Virus record (IMG/VR): IMGVR_UViG_3300011989_000257
Span: 32,001-96,000 of that record
Origin: a virus
Taxonomy: Duplodnaviria; Caudoviricetes
Length of the DNA: 64,000 bases
Strand: one strand, 5' to 3'
Positions 38,500-48,874 of the stretch are shown in pieces. Position 1 is the first letter of the stretch; every line of letters begins with the position of its first letter. Position numbers and translations under genes: made by a program. The notes under the pieces are model-generated. The model saw only the letters and a list, made by a program, of their open reading frames with translations, was not told the origin of the DNA and did not search any database.

Positions 38500-38874
38500 A
38501 TGGCAACAAAGATTTTCCTATTGATGATTCTGCTTCATGTCATTGACGATTTTCACCTTCAAGGCATATTGGCGAATATGAAGCAGAAGGAATGGTGGAG
38601 GAAACAAGAAGGATATAATGACTTGTATAAAGACGATTACAAGACAGCATTGTTTATACACTCACTGTCTTGGGCTATAATTATATCTCTACCGTTTTGG
38701 TGGATTCAAGTGAATTTTGCATGGGTTAGTTTATTCATAATTATCAACACAGTTATCCACTACTATGTTGATGACTTGAAATGTAATAAGCATAAAATCA
38801 GCCTTGATACAGACCAAATGATACATTTTTTACAAATATTTGTTACGTGGTTTGTACTTGGATATGTTTTTTAA
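38500..38874 (+). CDS. DUF3307-like membrane protein
   Basis: HVIDDFHLQ, LFIHS, HYYVDDLK, DQMIH motifs with hydrophobic helices. Confidence 0.75.
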   Translation: MATKIFLLMILLHVIDDFHLQGILANMKQKEWWRKQEGYNDLYKDDYKTALFIHSLSWAIIISLPFWWIQVNFAWVSLFIIINTVIHYYVDDLKCNKHKISLDTDQMIHFLQIFVTWFVLGYVF

Positions 38875-38883
38875 AAAAATATT

Positions 38884-39423
38884 ATGAATGAGAAAGAACT
38901 GATATCAAAAGGTAAAGAACTTGCTTTCCTTCTAAGACACGACAAGGAGGCATTTGGCAATGGTCTCATCGACTAGAATGGCTGGAGAAATGTATCTGAA
39001 TTGGTCAATGATAAGGGCTATTCCGTTGACCTAATTGAAGAGATTGTTGCTACAAATAACAAAAAACGGTATGAATTCAATGAAAACCATACCAAGATAC
39101 GTGCAAGGCAAGGACACTCCATAAACGTTGATGTGGAACTTACAGAGGCAGAGCCACCAAAGGTTCTGTATCACGGAACGTCAACAAAGGCATTAGAATC
39201 GATTTACAAGCAAGGAATCCTCAAAGGTGAGAGACTTTACGTCCACTTGTCAAAAGACGAAGAGACAGCCTTAAAAGTGGGTTCTAGACACGGTACACCA
39301 TATGTACTCAAGATTGACTCTGAACAAATGCATAAGGATGGTATTAAGTTCTACTTGTCCAACAACGGTGTGTGGTTAACTGATTACGTTGATGTTAAGT
39401 ATATAAAAAAAGAGGAAGACTAG
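38884..39423 (+). pseudogene. kptA: RNA 2'-phosphotransferase (KptA/Tpt1) with in-frame TAG at 38974..38976
   Basis: LAFLLRH...LID*NGW...KKRY...IRARQGHS...LYHGT...YVHLS...GSRHG...NGVWL; the true start ATG 38884 is in frame with the 39001 ORF. Confidence 0.85.
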
Positions 39424-39440
39424 CAATCTTCCTCTTTTTT
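39404..39440. terminator. bidirectional terminator
   Basis: AAAAAAGAGGAAGA-CTAGCAA-TCTTCCTCTTTTTT. Confidence 0.8.
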
Positions 39441-39456
39441 ATTTAGTGTATTCCAA

Positions 39457-42400
39457 TTAAATATCATCAAATGAAACACCTTCTGGTGTGAGTATGAAAT
39501 CAATTGTAATGTACTCTAATGCATTGTAAGGTTTGAAGTATATCTTCACTGGAAGTTCTCTTCTCTCCCTAGTCTCAATAGTATCATTAATCTCGATTCT
39601 ATAGTCAGAGATACCCCTGTTGCTTCTTATGCTGTCCATAATTGGAGTTACAGTTGATAAGAATGACTGCTTGACAGTTGCATCATTTGGCTCGAAAATA
39701 AGTCCAATACAAGAGATTGCAATCAACTTTCTCATTCTAAGTAACAACCTACGAACTGCAATTCTGTTGAGTTGAGACTCATTAATCTGTAAGTTCTTCT
39801 GACCCCAGATTTTTGGACCATCTTGAGCAAATGTCTTAATTGGGTTGATTCTTCCATCATAAAGAACATCCTCGTCAGCAAGTTTTGTAATGAAGTGTGC
39901 CCTTACACAATCAACGTTACCTCTTGAAATACCTGCAGGTGCGAACCAAGGATATGCTGTATTATCAGTCTGTGCAAAGTTTCTAACTACATCCTTTGTT
40001 GCTGGAAGATAGATGTACTGATTATTATCTTGGTCAAGATACTTAACCCAAGGATAATATGTGCAAGTATAGTTAGAATCAATCTCAGAATCCTCAAGAT
40101 TACCTACAGCTTCATCTGGAGTATACATCTCATCAACATAATCACCAGCGCCACTTGGCTTGTCAGGAGTTGTAACCACGTATATTGAGTCTGCTCTCTC
40201 TTCCTCAACCATCTCAATAGCTTCTTCAACAAGAAGTTTATTGTTTACATAGTCAATACCAGGAGTAGCGAATACGTTAATATCTGTTGCTTCTGGATTT
40301 GCAAATTGTCTGATACCACTGAGATAAGCATACCAGTCAGAGGTGATACCATTCTGGTTCAATTGCAACAAACTTGGGTCTTTAATTCTATTGAATGAAT
40401 AACCCTCACCACTGCCTTGGTTAATGAAACCTCTGTACTGAGACATCTTATATCCATCTGTATTGGTTCTCTGGTCTCTGTAATCATCCCATCCATCAAA
40501 ACCACCGTAGAAGTATACAGTGAACTTACGAAGATTTACATATTCATATATTGAGCCATACATATCATCTTCAGTGCCAATGATTGGTGGTTCAGTCAAT
40601 GTAGCTGTTCTAGAGTTAGTAGATACACAGTCAAACTCATATCCGCTTTCACCATCAACTGTATAAGCTGAAATACCTCCATTTTCTTTATCAAGTCTTG
40701 AATCCAAGTGGAATCCTCTTGTCATAAACTTAGGATTGTCGATGTATGCCTTATTACCCTTGAACGTGAAGTTATCAATATCAACACCAATCCAAGAAGA
40801 AAGACCGAAGTACTGCTTTCTATTCTTGATGTCTGGGTCGAAGAATCTGTTATACTTCAATGTTGGGAATTCAACACTATTTCTGCTACCGTCAATTGTA
40901 AGACCACTATACTGAGGTATTGGATAACCCAAGAAACCTGCTGGAACTGACATTTTTGCTGCTGTAGACTCATTTACCTCAACAGTAATGTACTTAGACT
41001 TAGATTCATATATACCATCGAATGAACCAATCTTATAAGCAATGTAGTTGCTATCACCAGGAATCATAGAGCATCTTCCAAATCTCTCAAGTGGCATAAT
41101 CTGTTCATCTGCATCATCAATTCTACGAACAACAACATCGAACACACCTTCATCTGGTCTTATATTTTCAATTGATACCTTAACCTCGTAGTTAGCATTG
41201 TTACCATCTGTAATTGTATGGAATCTGAACAACTTGTTAACCTCAACATGGTTGAAGTCACCCTTCAAGTTAGATACAATCCAAGGAGTTGAAGCATATC
41301 TGTATGCTGATTTATAATCGTTCATATCAAGTTCAACGAATGCTACATCATCCTTATTTTCGTTCATTCTGTAGTAAAGACCATCATATGTATTAAGAAC
41401 CAATTTAGATTCCTTACCATTGTTTTTCTTTGTGCCGCCATCTTGAAGGTTTCCATAAATATTGGTCATTTCGACACCACTAGCAATTACATCCTCAAAT
41501 CCTTGAGTATAATATCCGTAGTGATAATCTCTCTTACCATCAGCCTTTGTATATTGTCTTACGGTGTAAATCTGACCAGGAATAACTGCAACTGCACCAA
41601 GGTCTTTGTCAGTTGTATCAACTGGTTTATTCTTCTTGTAGTCATAAGGAACTGCCTTAATACCAAGCTCAACTGAATTAGCATCAGCCAAGAACCTCAA
41701 ACCAACATGCTTTCTTCTAAGTGTTGTCTCAGCCATTGTCAAAAGTCCACCAACTGGCTCATGATGGCAATAATCGGCAGTGTAATACACATTAAACTGC
41801 TTTAAGCTATCATCAATCTTGTTAACCCTATCCTCAACGATTGCTTGGTCGAGAGCAACATCATAAAGAGACTCAACGAATATTGGAGCATCGCCATCAT
41901 AAGGCTTTGAGCCAAGAACATTAAGAATGTACTCCTTATCGTATGGGTTAAGAGTTACTGGGTACTCAAAGTAACCCATCTTAATAGCCTCTTGCCTCTG
42001 GTCAATGTTTTCACTTGTTCCACTAGCAATGATGTTATTAACTTCGCTCTCGTTGTATACGCCTTTTACACCAACAAGTTTGAATCTACCGTGATTGTTC
42101 TGAGAGATGTACCAATCGGTAGTGCCACCACTCATTCCATAGCCACTACATTCATTTCCGTTGCTGTCCATTGGGACATAAGCCTTAATCTGAAGGGCAT
42201 TCATGTTATAACCATTCTTATCGCAAATGTTTTCAGCTTCACCACTATTTGGTTTCTCACCAACATAATACTTAAGAACATCATACTTTGATTCCTCACA
42301 GATGCAGTCGGTAGTATTACCTGTTGCATATGGGTTATAAGTACCTCTTGAACGGATTACAGCAACAGCAACTGGGTTTTCACCGTTTAATGAAGCTGTA

Positions 42401-42732
42401 ACAAGCCAAGCAGGACCTGCGTTATAGCCACTAAGACCAAGGACACGAACAACCTTAAGCTGCTCTGACTCACTCAAATAAGACTTAGCGATATAAGGCA
42501 ACTCGTATTTAGGATATTGACTTCCTTTGAACTTTTCTGTACTTGTTCCACCAAACACATCTTGGAACTCACGCCAGTTAGCAATGTCCATTGGCTGAAA
42601 AGCTGGACCTTTCAAGGTCTCACCAACAACACCAAGTGTAGTGATTCCAAGGCTACGAACAGCGTAGTTGATGTCTATCTCACGAGTATAAATACCTGGT
42701 GAAACATGTATTCCTCTTGCATTATCTGCCAT
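39457..42732 (-). CDS. contractile tail sheath protein, gp18-like
   Basis: VSPGIYTREID, GETLKGP, YYPWV, PWFAPAG..RG, RINPI, IWGQK, NRIAVRRL, FEPND. Confidence 0.95.
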   Translation of the reverse strand: MADNARGIHVSPGIYTREIDINYAVRSLGITTLGVVGETLKGPAFQPMDIANWREFQDVFGGTSTEKFKGSQYPKYELPYIAKSYLSESEQLKVVRVLGLSGYNAGPAWLVTASLNGENPVAVAVIRSRGTYNPYATGNTTDCICEESKYDVLKYYVGEKPNSGEAENICDKNGYNMNALQIKAYVPMDSNGNECSGYGMSGGTTDWYISQNNHGRFKLVGVKGVYNESEVNNIIASGTSENIDQRQEAIKMGYFEYPVTLNPYDKEYILNVLGSKPYDGDAPIFVESLYDVALDQAIVEDRVNKIDDSLKQFNVYYTADYCHHEPVGGLLTMAETTLRRKHVGLRFLADANSVELGIKAVPYDYKKNKPVDTTDKDLGAVAVIPGQIYTVRQYTKADGKRDYHYGYYTQGFEDVIASGVEMTNIYGNLQDGGTKKNNGKESKLVLNTYDGLYYRMNENKDDVAFVELDMNDYKSAYRYASTPWIVSNLKGDFNHVEVNKLFRFHTITDGNNANYEVKVSIENIRPDEGVFDVVVRRIDDADEQIMPLERFGRCSMIPGDSNYIAYKIGSFDGIYESKSKYITVEVNESTAAKMSVPAGFLGYPIPQYSGLTIDGSRNSVEFPTLKYNRFFDPDIKNRKQYFGLSSWIGVDIDNFTFKGNKAYIDNPKFMTRGFHLDSRLDKENGGISAYTVDGESGYEFDCVSTNSRTATLTEPPIIGTEDDMYGSIYEYVNLRKFTVYFYGGFDGWDDYRDQRTNTDGYKMSQYRGFINQGSGEGYSFNRIKDPSLLQLNQNGITSDWYAYLSGIRQFANPEATDINVFATPGIDYVNNKLLVEEAIEMVEEERADSIYVVTTPDKPSGAGDYVDEMYTPDEAVGNLEDSEIDSNYTCTYYPWVKYLDQDNNQYIYLPATKDVVRNFAQTDNTAYPWFAPAGISRGNVDCVRAHFITKLADEDVLYDGRINPIKTFAQDGPKIWGQKNLQINESQLNRIAVRRLLLRMRKLIAISCIGLIFEPNDATVKQSFLSTVTPIMDSIRSNRGISDYRIEINDTIETRERRELPVKIYFKPYNALEYITIDFILTPEGVSFDDI

Positions 42733-42812
42733 AATTCTTGAAATATTTTAATTTTATTAGTTATTTTTCCTATATATAAATATTTAGTGTCTTTGATTAA
42801 TTCATCAAATTA

Positions 42813-43379
42813 CTATTTTTTAACTACTGTAACATCAGTAGCATTGTAATTATACTCATTAGCCTTATTATTAGCAGCAGTTAAAGCCTCTTCTTCAACA
42901 ACAGCCTTCTTATATGCATTGAAATTATCCTCAGTAAAATCAATTTGTGTTGCTCCAGTTATGGTGTAACCATTATCTTTTATCATAAATGGAGGAATGC
43001 CCAATAAGGTCTTTACATCATTGAATAGCTTAAATTCAGCAGTTGGGTTTATTCTGATTTGTCTTTTAATTTCCTTTACACACTCATCATAGTAATATGC
43101 AGATAAAGACTTATCAGTTTCCCCACAACTAGTCTTTTTAAACTCAGTGCCATAGGTGTCACCTATCTCGATGTAAGTGTCTAAGAATAGGTAATATTCG
43201 TCTTCTTCACCATCTTTTTTTACTGTAATATAAGGTATCTTAACTTCATCGGAAGTTATAGAATCACCAGAGACTCCTAATCTACCGCAATCATCGTTTT
43301 TAGTTGATAAAATGTCGTATACTACGCCATTTTTCAAATAATAATATTTATCTTTTAGGACATTAGATAGATTTTTCAT
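42813..43379 (-). CDS. hypothetical late protein between MCP and sheath
   Basis: 188 aa with own ATATTTAT motif at 43396. Confidence 0.6.
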   Translation of the reverse strand: MKNLSNVLKDKYYYLKNGVVYDILSTKNDDCGRLGVSGDSITSDEVKIPYITVKKDGEEDEYYLFLDTYIEIGDTYGTEFKKTSCGETDKSLSAYYYDECVKEIKRQIRINPTAEFKLFNDVKTLLGIPPFMIKDNGYTITGATQIDFTEDNFNAYKKAVVEEEALTAANNKANEYNYNATDVTVVKK

Positions 43380-43514
43380 AATAATATATTTTTATATAAA
43401 TATCTCATATATTCCATTAATTCATTTTATCTCATAAAAATTTCATCCATTGGATATTTAGGAAAATAAAAAAAGAGAAACATCACTGTTCCTCTATCTA
43501 TCATAAAAATAAAA

Positions 43515-43548
43515 AAAAACTTGAGTAGCTTCTGCTACCCAAGTTTTT
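43515..43548 (-). terminator. terminator after MCP
   Basis: AAAAACTTGAGTAGC-TTCT-GCTACCCAAGTTTTT. Confidence 0.8.
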
Positions 43549-43573
43549 ATATAAGTTATTGATTTTCAGTTGT

Positions 43574-45604
43574 TTATCTGAACTCGTTAATGCTCCAATG
43601 TACAAGACCATCAACACGAACATGTCCAAAGTAACGGTTGTTCACCATCTTCTTCGCATAACGTGTCATAATACCCTTTACAGGTGCAAAGTTGAATGGA
43701 TTATACATAGTTGGGGTCAACTGCATTGGCACATATGGTGCATAGATGTAACCTGTGTCAAGAAGTGACTTACCCTTATGACCAATAATCATTGACCAGT
43801 GTGGGCTATATGGGTCACGATATACAGTGTAACGTCCACCGAGAGCACCAATCTTCTCAATACCCATGTTGTACTGGTCGCTTTCTGCTGATGCATCTGA
43901 TACATGGAAGTACTCAAGGTTATCAAGCAATGCTGAAATCTCTGAAGATACTACAATGAAGTTAGCACCACCACGAAGTGTAGACTTGTGAATCTGTGCA
44001 GAAATCTGGTTAATCTTAGTCATAAGCTCTTGGTTCCAGTCCTTCTGAGTGTAGTTAGTAGAGAAAGCAGCCATACGTCTCCAACCATTAACATCCCAAC
44101 GTGCCTGCCAAGGTGCGCCCTTACGAAGGTCACGGAGAATTTCACGGTCAATCTCAGCAGCAATCTGCTCTGAAAGGATAGCTGTCAACTCAGCCTCTGC
44201 GTCAATGTTGTGGAATGCAGAAACGTCTTGTGCCAACTCTGGTGACCATGTTGCACGAAGTTTTCTTTCCTCAACTGATACAGTTACTGAATCAAGCTTG
44301 AAGCTAACCTCACCGATTTCGGTCTCAAGCTCAAGTGAATCGTACTGTGCCCAAGCAATCTTGAAGAGCTGTGCAAGATTAGCCTTAGTCTCCTCAGTTG
44401 AACCGCTAGAAATAGCAGCGTCAAGAGCAGCAGCATCAACACCTACATAACCGTCAATTGTACCTGCTTGCTGAACAACTGGTTTAGCGAGGTCAAGCTC
44501 GATGTACATCTTACCCTCAGCATCGCAAGCAGCACCGTACTCTACGATACCCTTACCATATTTCTGAGTAACAACTCTGAAAGGAACTGACTCAAACTTA
44601 CGGAAAGCAGCAGTCTTAACTGTCTCTGAACCAGGAACATTAGCTGCTGGGAGTTCCTTCTGAGTAATAACCTTCAATGAAGCGAGGAATCCTTCAGTGT
44701 CCATTTCGTTTCCGTCAGGACCAGTCAACTTAGCAGCGTTGAATGAAGAGAAACCATCAATCTCAAGGATGACGTTACGTACAGTACCATCGAATCCACT
44801 CTTGAAGTACTTGTTAAGGTTATCAGCACCGAATGGGCGAACACCACCAGGAGTCAAGAACACTGGAATTGCGCTACCAACCTTGATAGTTACCTTACCC
44901 TTTGAGTTGTCATACAAGAAGTCGTTGTAGAACAAGTCGTAAAGTGACTTCTGGAAGTACTGAGTTACCTCAGGACCTGCTTGACGAAGAGCTGTTACAT
45001 GAAGACCCTCAGCCTCTGCACGTGCCTTAGCCTCATCGAAGCTAGTTGCATCTTCGATGGTCTCGTTCAACTGTGGAACGTACCATGAGTTCTTGTCGAG
45101 GTCATTGATTGTCTCATCTGGGAGATAGTATCTTGGCTCAACACGTCCTTCCTTGTTACGGTTAACTCTGTCATATCCCATAAGACCCTTATGACGACCA
45201 GTAGTACCATCAATGATATCACCTGGCTCTGTGCCACCAGTGTAATCTGCTGGGAGTTCCCACTCTCTCTCTGAAGTAACAGGGAGGATGAAGAACAACT
45301 TACCAACAGGAAGGTTCATTGCTTGTACTGAAACGATGTCGTTAGCAAGAAGTTTGCTGAACACACGTCTAATGATAGGGAAAACAACGGTCTCAAATGA
45401 ACCACTGTTATCAGAAGCAGTAGCCTCATAAATCAAGTGCTTTGCTTCATTCTCATACAATGTAGCAACATTCTCCTTGATACCCTCTGGAAGACCCTCT
45501 GTAAAGCCGAGGTTATCCCAACGGTTCTGAATGCTCTCACGTATCTGTTTTTGTGCGTTGTACTCAATATTGCCAACTACACCACTTGATAAAAATTCTT
45601 TCAT
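43574..45604 (-). CDS. major capsid protein, T4 gp23-like, with large insertion
   Basis: FPIIRRVF..LLANDIVSVQAM..PVG, RKLRATWSPELAQDV.AFHNIDAEAEL, GYIYAPYVP, GIMTRY; predicted maturation site IYE60/A. Confidence 0.95.
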   Translation of the reverse strand: MKEFLSSGVVGNIEYNAQKQIRESIQNRWDNLGFTEGLPEGIKENVATLYENEAKHLIYEATASDNSGSFETVVFPIIRRVFSKLLANDIVSVQAMNLPVGKLFFILPVTSEREWELPADYTGGTEPGDIIDGTTGRHKGLMGYDRVNRNKEGRVEPRYYLPDETINDLDKNSWYVPQLNETIEDATSFDEAKARAEAEGLHVTALRQAGPEVTQYFQKSLYDLFYNDFLYDNSKGKVTIKVGSAIPVFLTPGGVRPFGADNLNKYFKSGFDGTVRNVILEIDGFSSFNAAKLTGPDGNEMDTEGFLASLKVITQKELPAANVPGSETVKTAAFRKFESVPFRVVTQKYGKGIVEYGAACDAEGKMYIELDLAKPVVQQAGTIDGYVGVDAAALDAAISSGSTEETKANLAQLFKIAWAQYDSLELETEIGEVSFKLDSVTVSVEERKLRATWSPELAQDVSAFHNIDAEAELTAILSEQIAAEIDREILRDLRKGAPWQARWDVNGWRRMAAFSTNYTQKDWNQELMTKINQISAQIHKSTLRGGANFIVVSSEISALLDNLEYFHVSDASAESDQYNMGIEKIGALGGRYTVYRDPYSPHWSMIIGHKGKSLLDTGYIYAPYVPMQLTPTMYNPFNFAPVKGIMTRYAKKMVNNRYFGHVRVDGLVHWSINEFR

Positions 45605-45645
45605 ATAGATAAATGAAGTTTTATTTTACTTAGTTATTTTTAATT

Positions 45646-45653
45646 ATAAATAT
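45646..45653 (-). promoter_or_regulatory. late promoter motif ATATTTAT (representative copy, upstream of MCP)
   Basis: Same octamer on the coding strand upstream of genes at 3660, 6365, 18867, 32939, 33602(+), 37761, 38415, 42776, 43396, 47203, 47316(+), 48865, 49952, 51605, 53731, 55768, 56120, 58301, 60592. Confidence 0.8.
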
Positions 45654-45675
45654 ACACAAATTTTGAAAAGTTAAA

Positions 45676-47169
45676 TTATTTCATCATTCTGTGCATTAAA
45701 TCAAGAGATTCCATAACATCTGGTGACTTATAGATAGGTGTCTCATTGATTTTCTTTGAACCCTCAACTGTAAGACTCTTGTCCTCAGTGATGTTCATTT
45801 TGTTGGTTTTCTTGAGTTCACGACTGATTGACTCATAGAGTGCCTTTGATGCATCAATAGTCTTTCCTTCGTTCTTAAATCTGTTGATAATTTCTTTCTT
45901 CTCGTCTTGAGAAGTTGTATTCTCAGAAACCAACTTGATAATCTGTGCAAGATTATGATTAGTTACAGATACCTTCTTCAACTGCTCCATAAGGTCTGTC
46001 AATGTAGATTTAAGTTCCTTGTTTTCCTCAAGAACTGCATTCGCTCTCTTCATGAAGCTCTCGTTTGTCGGATTGCCTTCATACTCTCCTGCGGTTGAAA
46101 CATGATGCTGGTTCATTGGGGAATTCTTCTTTGCCTTAATAGGGTTATGAGATTTTGTTCCCATCATTCTTCCATGAGCACCCATTCTACCTCCGCATTC
46201 TGCTGCTGACTCTTCAAGATTCTCTTCCTCTTCAAGTTGTTTACCTTTTTCAGCATTGAATGGTTTATCTGCTTTATTTTTCTTACCTGGGTATCCAGAC
46301 CAAGGCTTCTCTGAGCCTTTTGGTACACCTGCATCCCAATCGTTTACATTTTTACCTGGCTCTGACATACCTGGATTTGTCATCACATCCTTTTTCTGAT
46401 AATTGTCAGTGTAGCCAACGTTTGAATCATACTCTAGTACGAGTTCAAACATCCTTTCTGTTGATTCATTCATATCATCCATGTCATTATTAAAATCATC
46501 TTCTGCACCGAAATCATCAGCACCTTTGTCATCAGTGAGAACTGTGTCATCACTTGGTTCAGATGCTGCAACACCAGTTGCTTCACCCTCATCGTCAAGC
46601 TTGATTAGGTACTCAGCTCCAGTTTCATTGTCTTGAATGTTCACATTTCCGCTGTCATCTTTATGTACAAGGATTTGGTCATCATTCTTCATTAATTTGT
46701 AAACCTTTACGATTTCCTCGTCTTCCGCATTTGTAAAGTCATACTCATCGTCTGATACCTTATATTTATCAAACTCTGCCCAGTCATCGCCACCTTCGCC
46801 TTCAACTGCTCCGTCATCGATAGATTCTCCTTCAGCAGCACCATCAGTATCTGACTCGCCACCTTCGTTTTCTCCACCTTCTACATCGCCTTCTGAAGAC
46901 TCCATCCCAGTGTCTGCGGATGCTTGACCATCGTCAATAGCATCGCTAGATTCTGCATCGTTTGTAATATCAGAACTAGTATCTTCCACTTCACCCTCTT
47001 CGTAGTCCTTGTCATCGTCCTCAGACAATAACTTGGCATATGTATCACGCACAGCCTCACCCAAAAGAGCCTTGACTGCGCTCTCAGTATTTTCCTTCAA
47101 AGAATTTGCGAGTGTGTTGTAATCCAATAAAGATTCTCTAACTACTTTGCTTCTAATATTTTTGCTCAT
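45676..47169 (-). CDS. prohead scaffold/core protein (gp22-like position), highly acidic
   Basis: Directly upstream of MCP; acidic disordered middle, C-terminal coiled coil, many (I/L/V)xE sites. Confidence 0.7.
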   Translation of the reverse strand: MSKNIRSKVVRESLLDYNTLANSLKENTESAVKALLGEAVRDTYAKLLSEDDDKDYEEGEVEDTSSDITNDAESSDAIDDGQASADTGMESSEGDVEGGENEGGESDTDGAAEGESIDDGAVEGEGGDDWAEFDKYKVSDDEYDFTNAEDEEIVKVYKLMKNDDQILVHKDDSGNVNIQDNETGAEYLIKLDDEGEATGVAASEPSDDTVLTDDKGADDFGAEDDFNNDMDDMNESTERMFELVLEYDSNVGYTDNYQKKDVMTNPGMSEPGKNVNDWDAGVPKGSEKPWSGYPGKKNKADKPFNAEKGKQLEEEENLEESAAECGGRMGAHGRMMGTKSHNPIKAKKNSPMNQHHVSTAGEYEGNPTNESFMKRANAVLEENKELKSTLTDLMEQLKKVSVTNHNLAQIIKLVSENTTSQDEKKEIINRFKNEGKTIDASKALYESISRELKKTNKMNITEDKSLTVEGSKKINETPIYKSPDVMESLDLMHRMMK

Positions 47170-47359
47170 TTAGAAAATAGATTTAATACATTATTTTTTA
47201 ATATAAATATAGATTAAATACCAAAAAAATTCATAAAATGCCTAAAATAATACATTTATGAGCAATTTATGACTTATATTTGATATCTAATTAATAAATA
47301 TTTGGATGAGAATGAATATTTATAGTAAATTTAAAAATAAAAACTATATATTTGCAAAT

Positions 47360-48067
47360 ATGATGAAACAGGATAATTTAGAAATAATAAAGGAAGGAAA
47401 AACAGGACATGGCATACTAATTGAAAATGATGGTTTCATATCATTGGATTTTGGTAAGAATAACCATCAGTTGAAAGAGGATATTAGTGAAAAAGGATGG
47501 TTTGTGCCTTACCCATTTGTTGTGGATGCTGTATTTCAGAAATTTGGAATTAAAAATGCAAACGGTAGAATTTACCCAGAGTCAATTCTAAAAAGAGAAG
47601 TTGAAAAATACCAGAATATGATTGCAGAAAGGATGGCGTTGGGAGAACTAAACCATCCAGCAGAGTCAACAATCGACTTGGGTAGAATAGCAATCAATAT
47701 TGTTGAACTTCATTGGGAGGGAGCTACTCTAGTAGGAAAGCTTGAAATCAACACGACTGAAGGATTTAGAAAGTATGGTATTGTAAGTACTCGTGGTGAC
47801 GATATGGCTAATCTTATTATAAATGGATATAAAATCGGTGTATCATCAAGAGGTGTTGGTTCTGTTGAACAAAAACTTGGACAATATATCGTAGGGGATG
47901 ACTTCGAACTTATATGTTGGGATGTAGTATCAAGTCCATCTACGCCAGGAGCCTATGTAGGAAAACCAGAGGAATTGCAACAATATATTGAAAGTAATAC
48001 TAGTAATAGTGACAAGAATTCAATTAATGAAAAGATTAATAAGATTAAAAATATCCTAAAGTCATAA
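47360..48067 (+). CDS. prohead maturation protease, T4 gp21-like
   Basis: KNANGRIYP, LGELNHP, IGVSSRGVGS, DFELICWDVVSSPSTPGA; start reassigned to ATG 47360. Confidence 0.9.
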   Translation: MMKQDNLEIIKEGKTGHGILIENDGFISLDFGKNNHQLKEDISEKGWFVPYPFVVDAVFQKFGIKNANGRIYPESILKREVEKYQNMIAERMALGELNHPAESTIDLGRIAINIVELHWEGATLVGKLEINTTEGFRKYGIVSTRGDDMANLIINGYKIGVSSRGVGSVEQKLGQYIVGDDFELICWDVVSSPSTPGAYVGKPEELQQYIESNTSNSDKNSINEKINKIKNILKS

Positions 48068-48071
48068 TATT

Positions 48072-48470
48072 ATGAAAAAAGTTATTAGATTAACCGAAAG
48101 CGATTTGCATGGTCTGATAAATGAATCGGTCACTAGAATAATAAATGAGATTGGTGTTTATCCAGATGGACAAACTGATTTATTCTTCGACCAAGACCAA
48201 GTTGACGAATACCGTTCATCTGCAAATGGTAGAGCAATCGAGGCTTTACTGAGGGCTGAGAGAGAATGCGGATGGAGACATATGAATTCAAAGGATATGG
48301 GGCGTTATACAGAGTATAAATGTTATCCTATTAGTGAGTACACATCAAAGGATAGACAAACCTTTATGGAAAGAATCAAAGCTTATGCTCCAGTGAAAGA
48401 TAACATAGAATTCGTATGCGTAAGGAATACATACATTAAAAGTTTTACAGTAAGAATTAAGAACATCTAA
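48072..48470 (+). CDS. IRLTES-leader cargo protein
   Basis: MKKVIRLTESDLHGLINESVTRIINE followed by a unique domain. Confidence 0.7.
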   Translation: MKKVIRLTESDLHGLINESVTRIINEIGVYPDGQTDLFFDQDQVDEYRSSANGRAIEALLRAERECGWRHMNSKDMGRYTEYKCYPISEYTSKDRQTFMERIKAYAPVKDNIEFVCVRNTYIKSFTVRIKNI

Positions 48471-48475
48471 AAAAT

Positions 48476-48510
48476 AAATAAGCGAGACTAGATTTAGCCT
48501 CGCTTATTTT
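48476..48510. terminator. bidirectional terminator
   Basis: AAATAAGCGAG...CTCGCTTATTT between convergent cargo genes. Confidence 0.75.
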
Positions 48511-48843
48511 TTATCCCATTGGTGGGAAGTCATCGTAATTGGCTTCAAGGTCAATTCTATCTTGCGCCCAATCTTCCATATCATCACCATTTACAATATC
48601 ATCTTGATAATTATCATTGTGAGTTCGGTCAAGAGGCTCTCCAGTTATTCCAAAATCGTGGTCATTTGTCATACCGTTAAATGGTGTGACTTCCTCTTCT
48701 TTCTCAAATGGTTGGTAGTTATTCAATACGTTGTCATTCTCACGCCAATCATTTCCCAATACGTCTTCCCTTATTATTCTTTTAACGGAATTCTCTATAA
48801 TACCTTTTAATTCTGATTCCGTAAGTCTTATAATTTTCTTCAT
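48511..48843 (-). CDS. IRLTES-leader cargo protein (acidic)
   Basis: MKKIIRLTESELKGIIENSVKRIIRE; late motif at 48865. Confidence 0.7.
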   Translation of the reverse strand: MKKIIRLTESELKGIIENSVKRIIREDVLGNDWRENDNVLNNYQPFEKEEEVTPFNGMTNDHDFGITGEPLDRTHNDNYQDDIVNGDDMEDWAQDRIDLEANYDDFPPMG

Positions 48844-48874
48844 ATTTTTCAATTTATTTTTACAATAAATATTC

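Noticed and set aside
43574-45604. Intein or intron explaining the long MCP
   Set aside because: No C/S...HN splice motifs or LAGLIDADG pattern seen; the extra length looks like an ordinary insertion domain.
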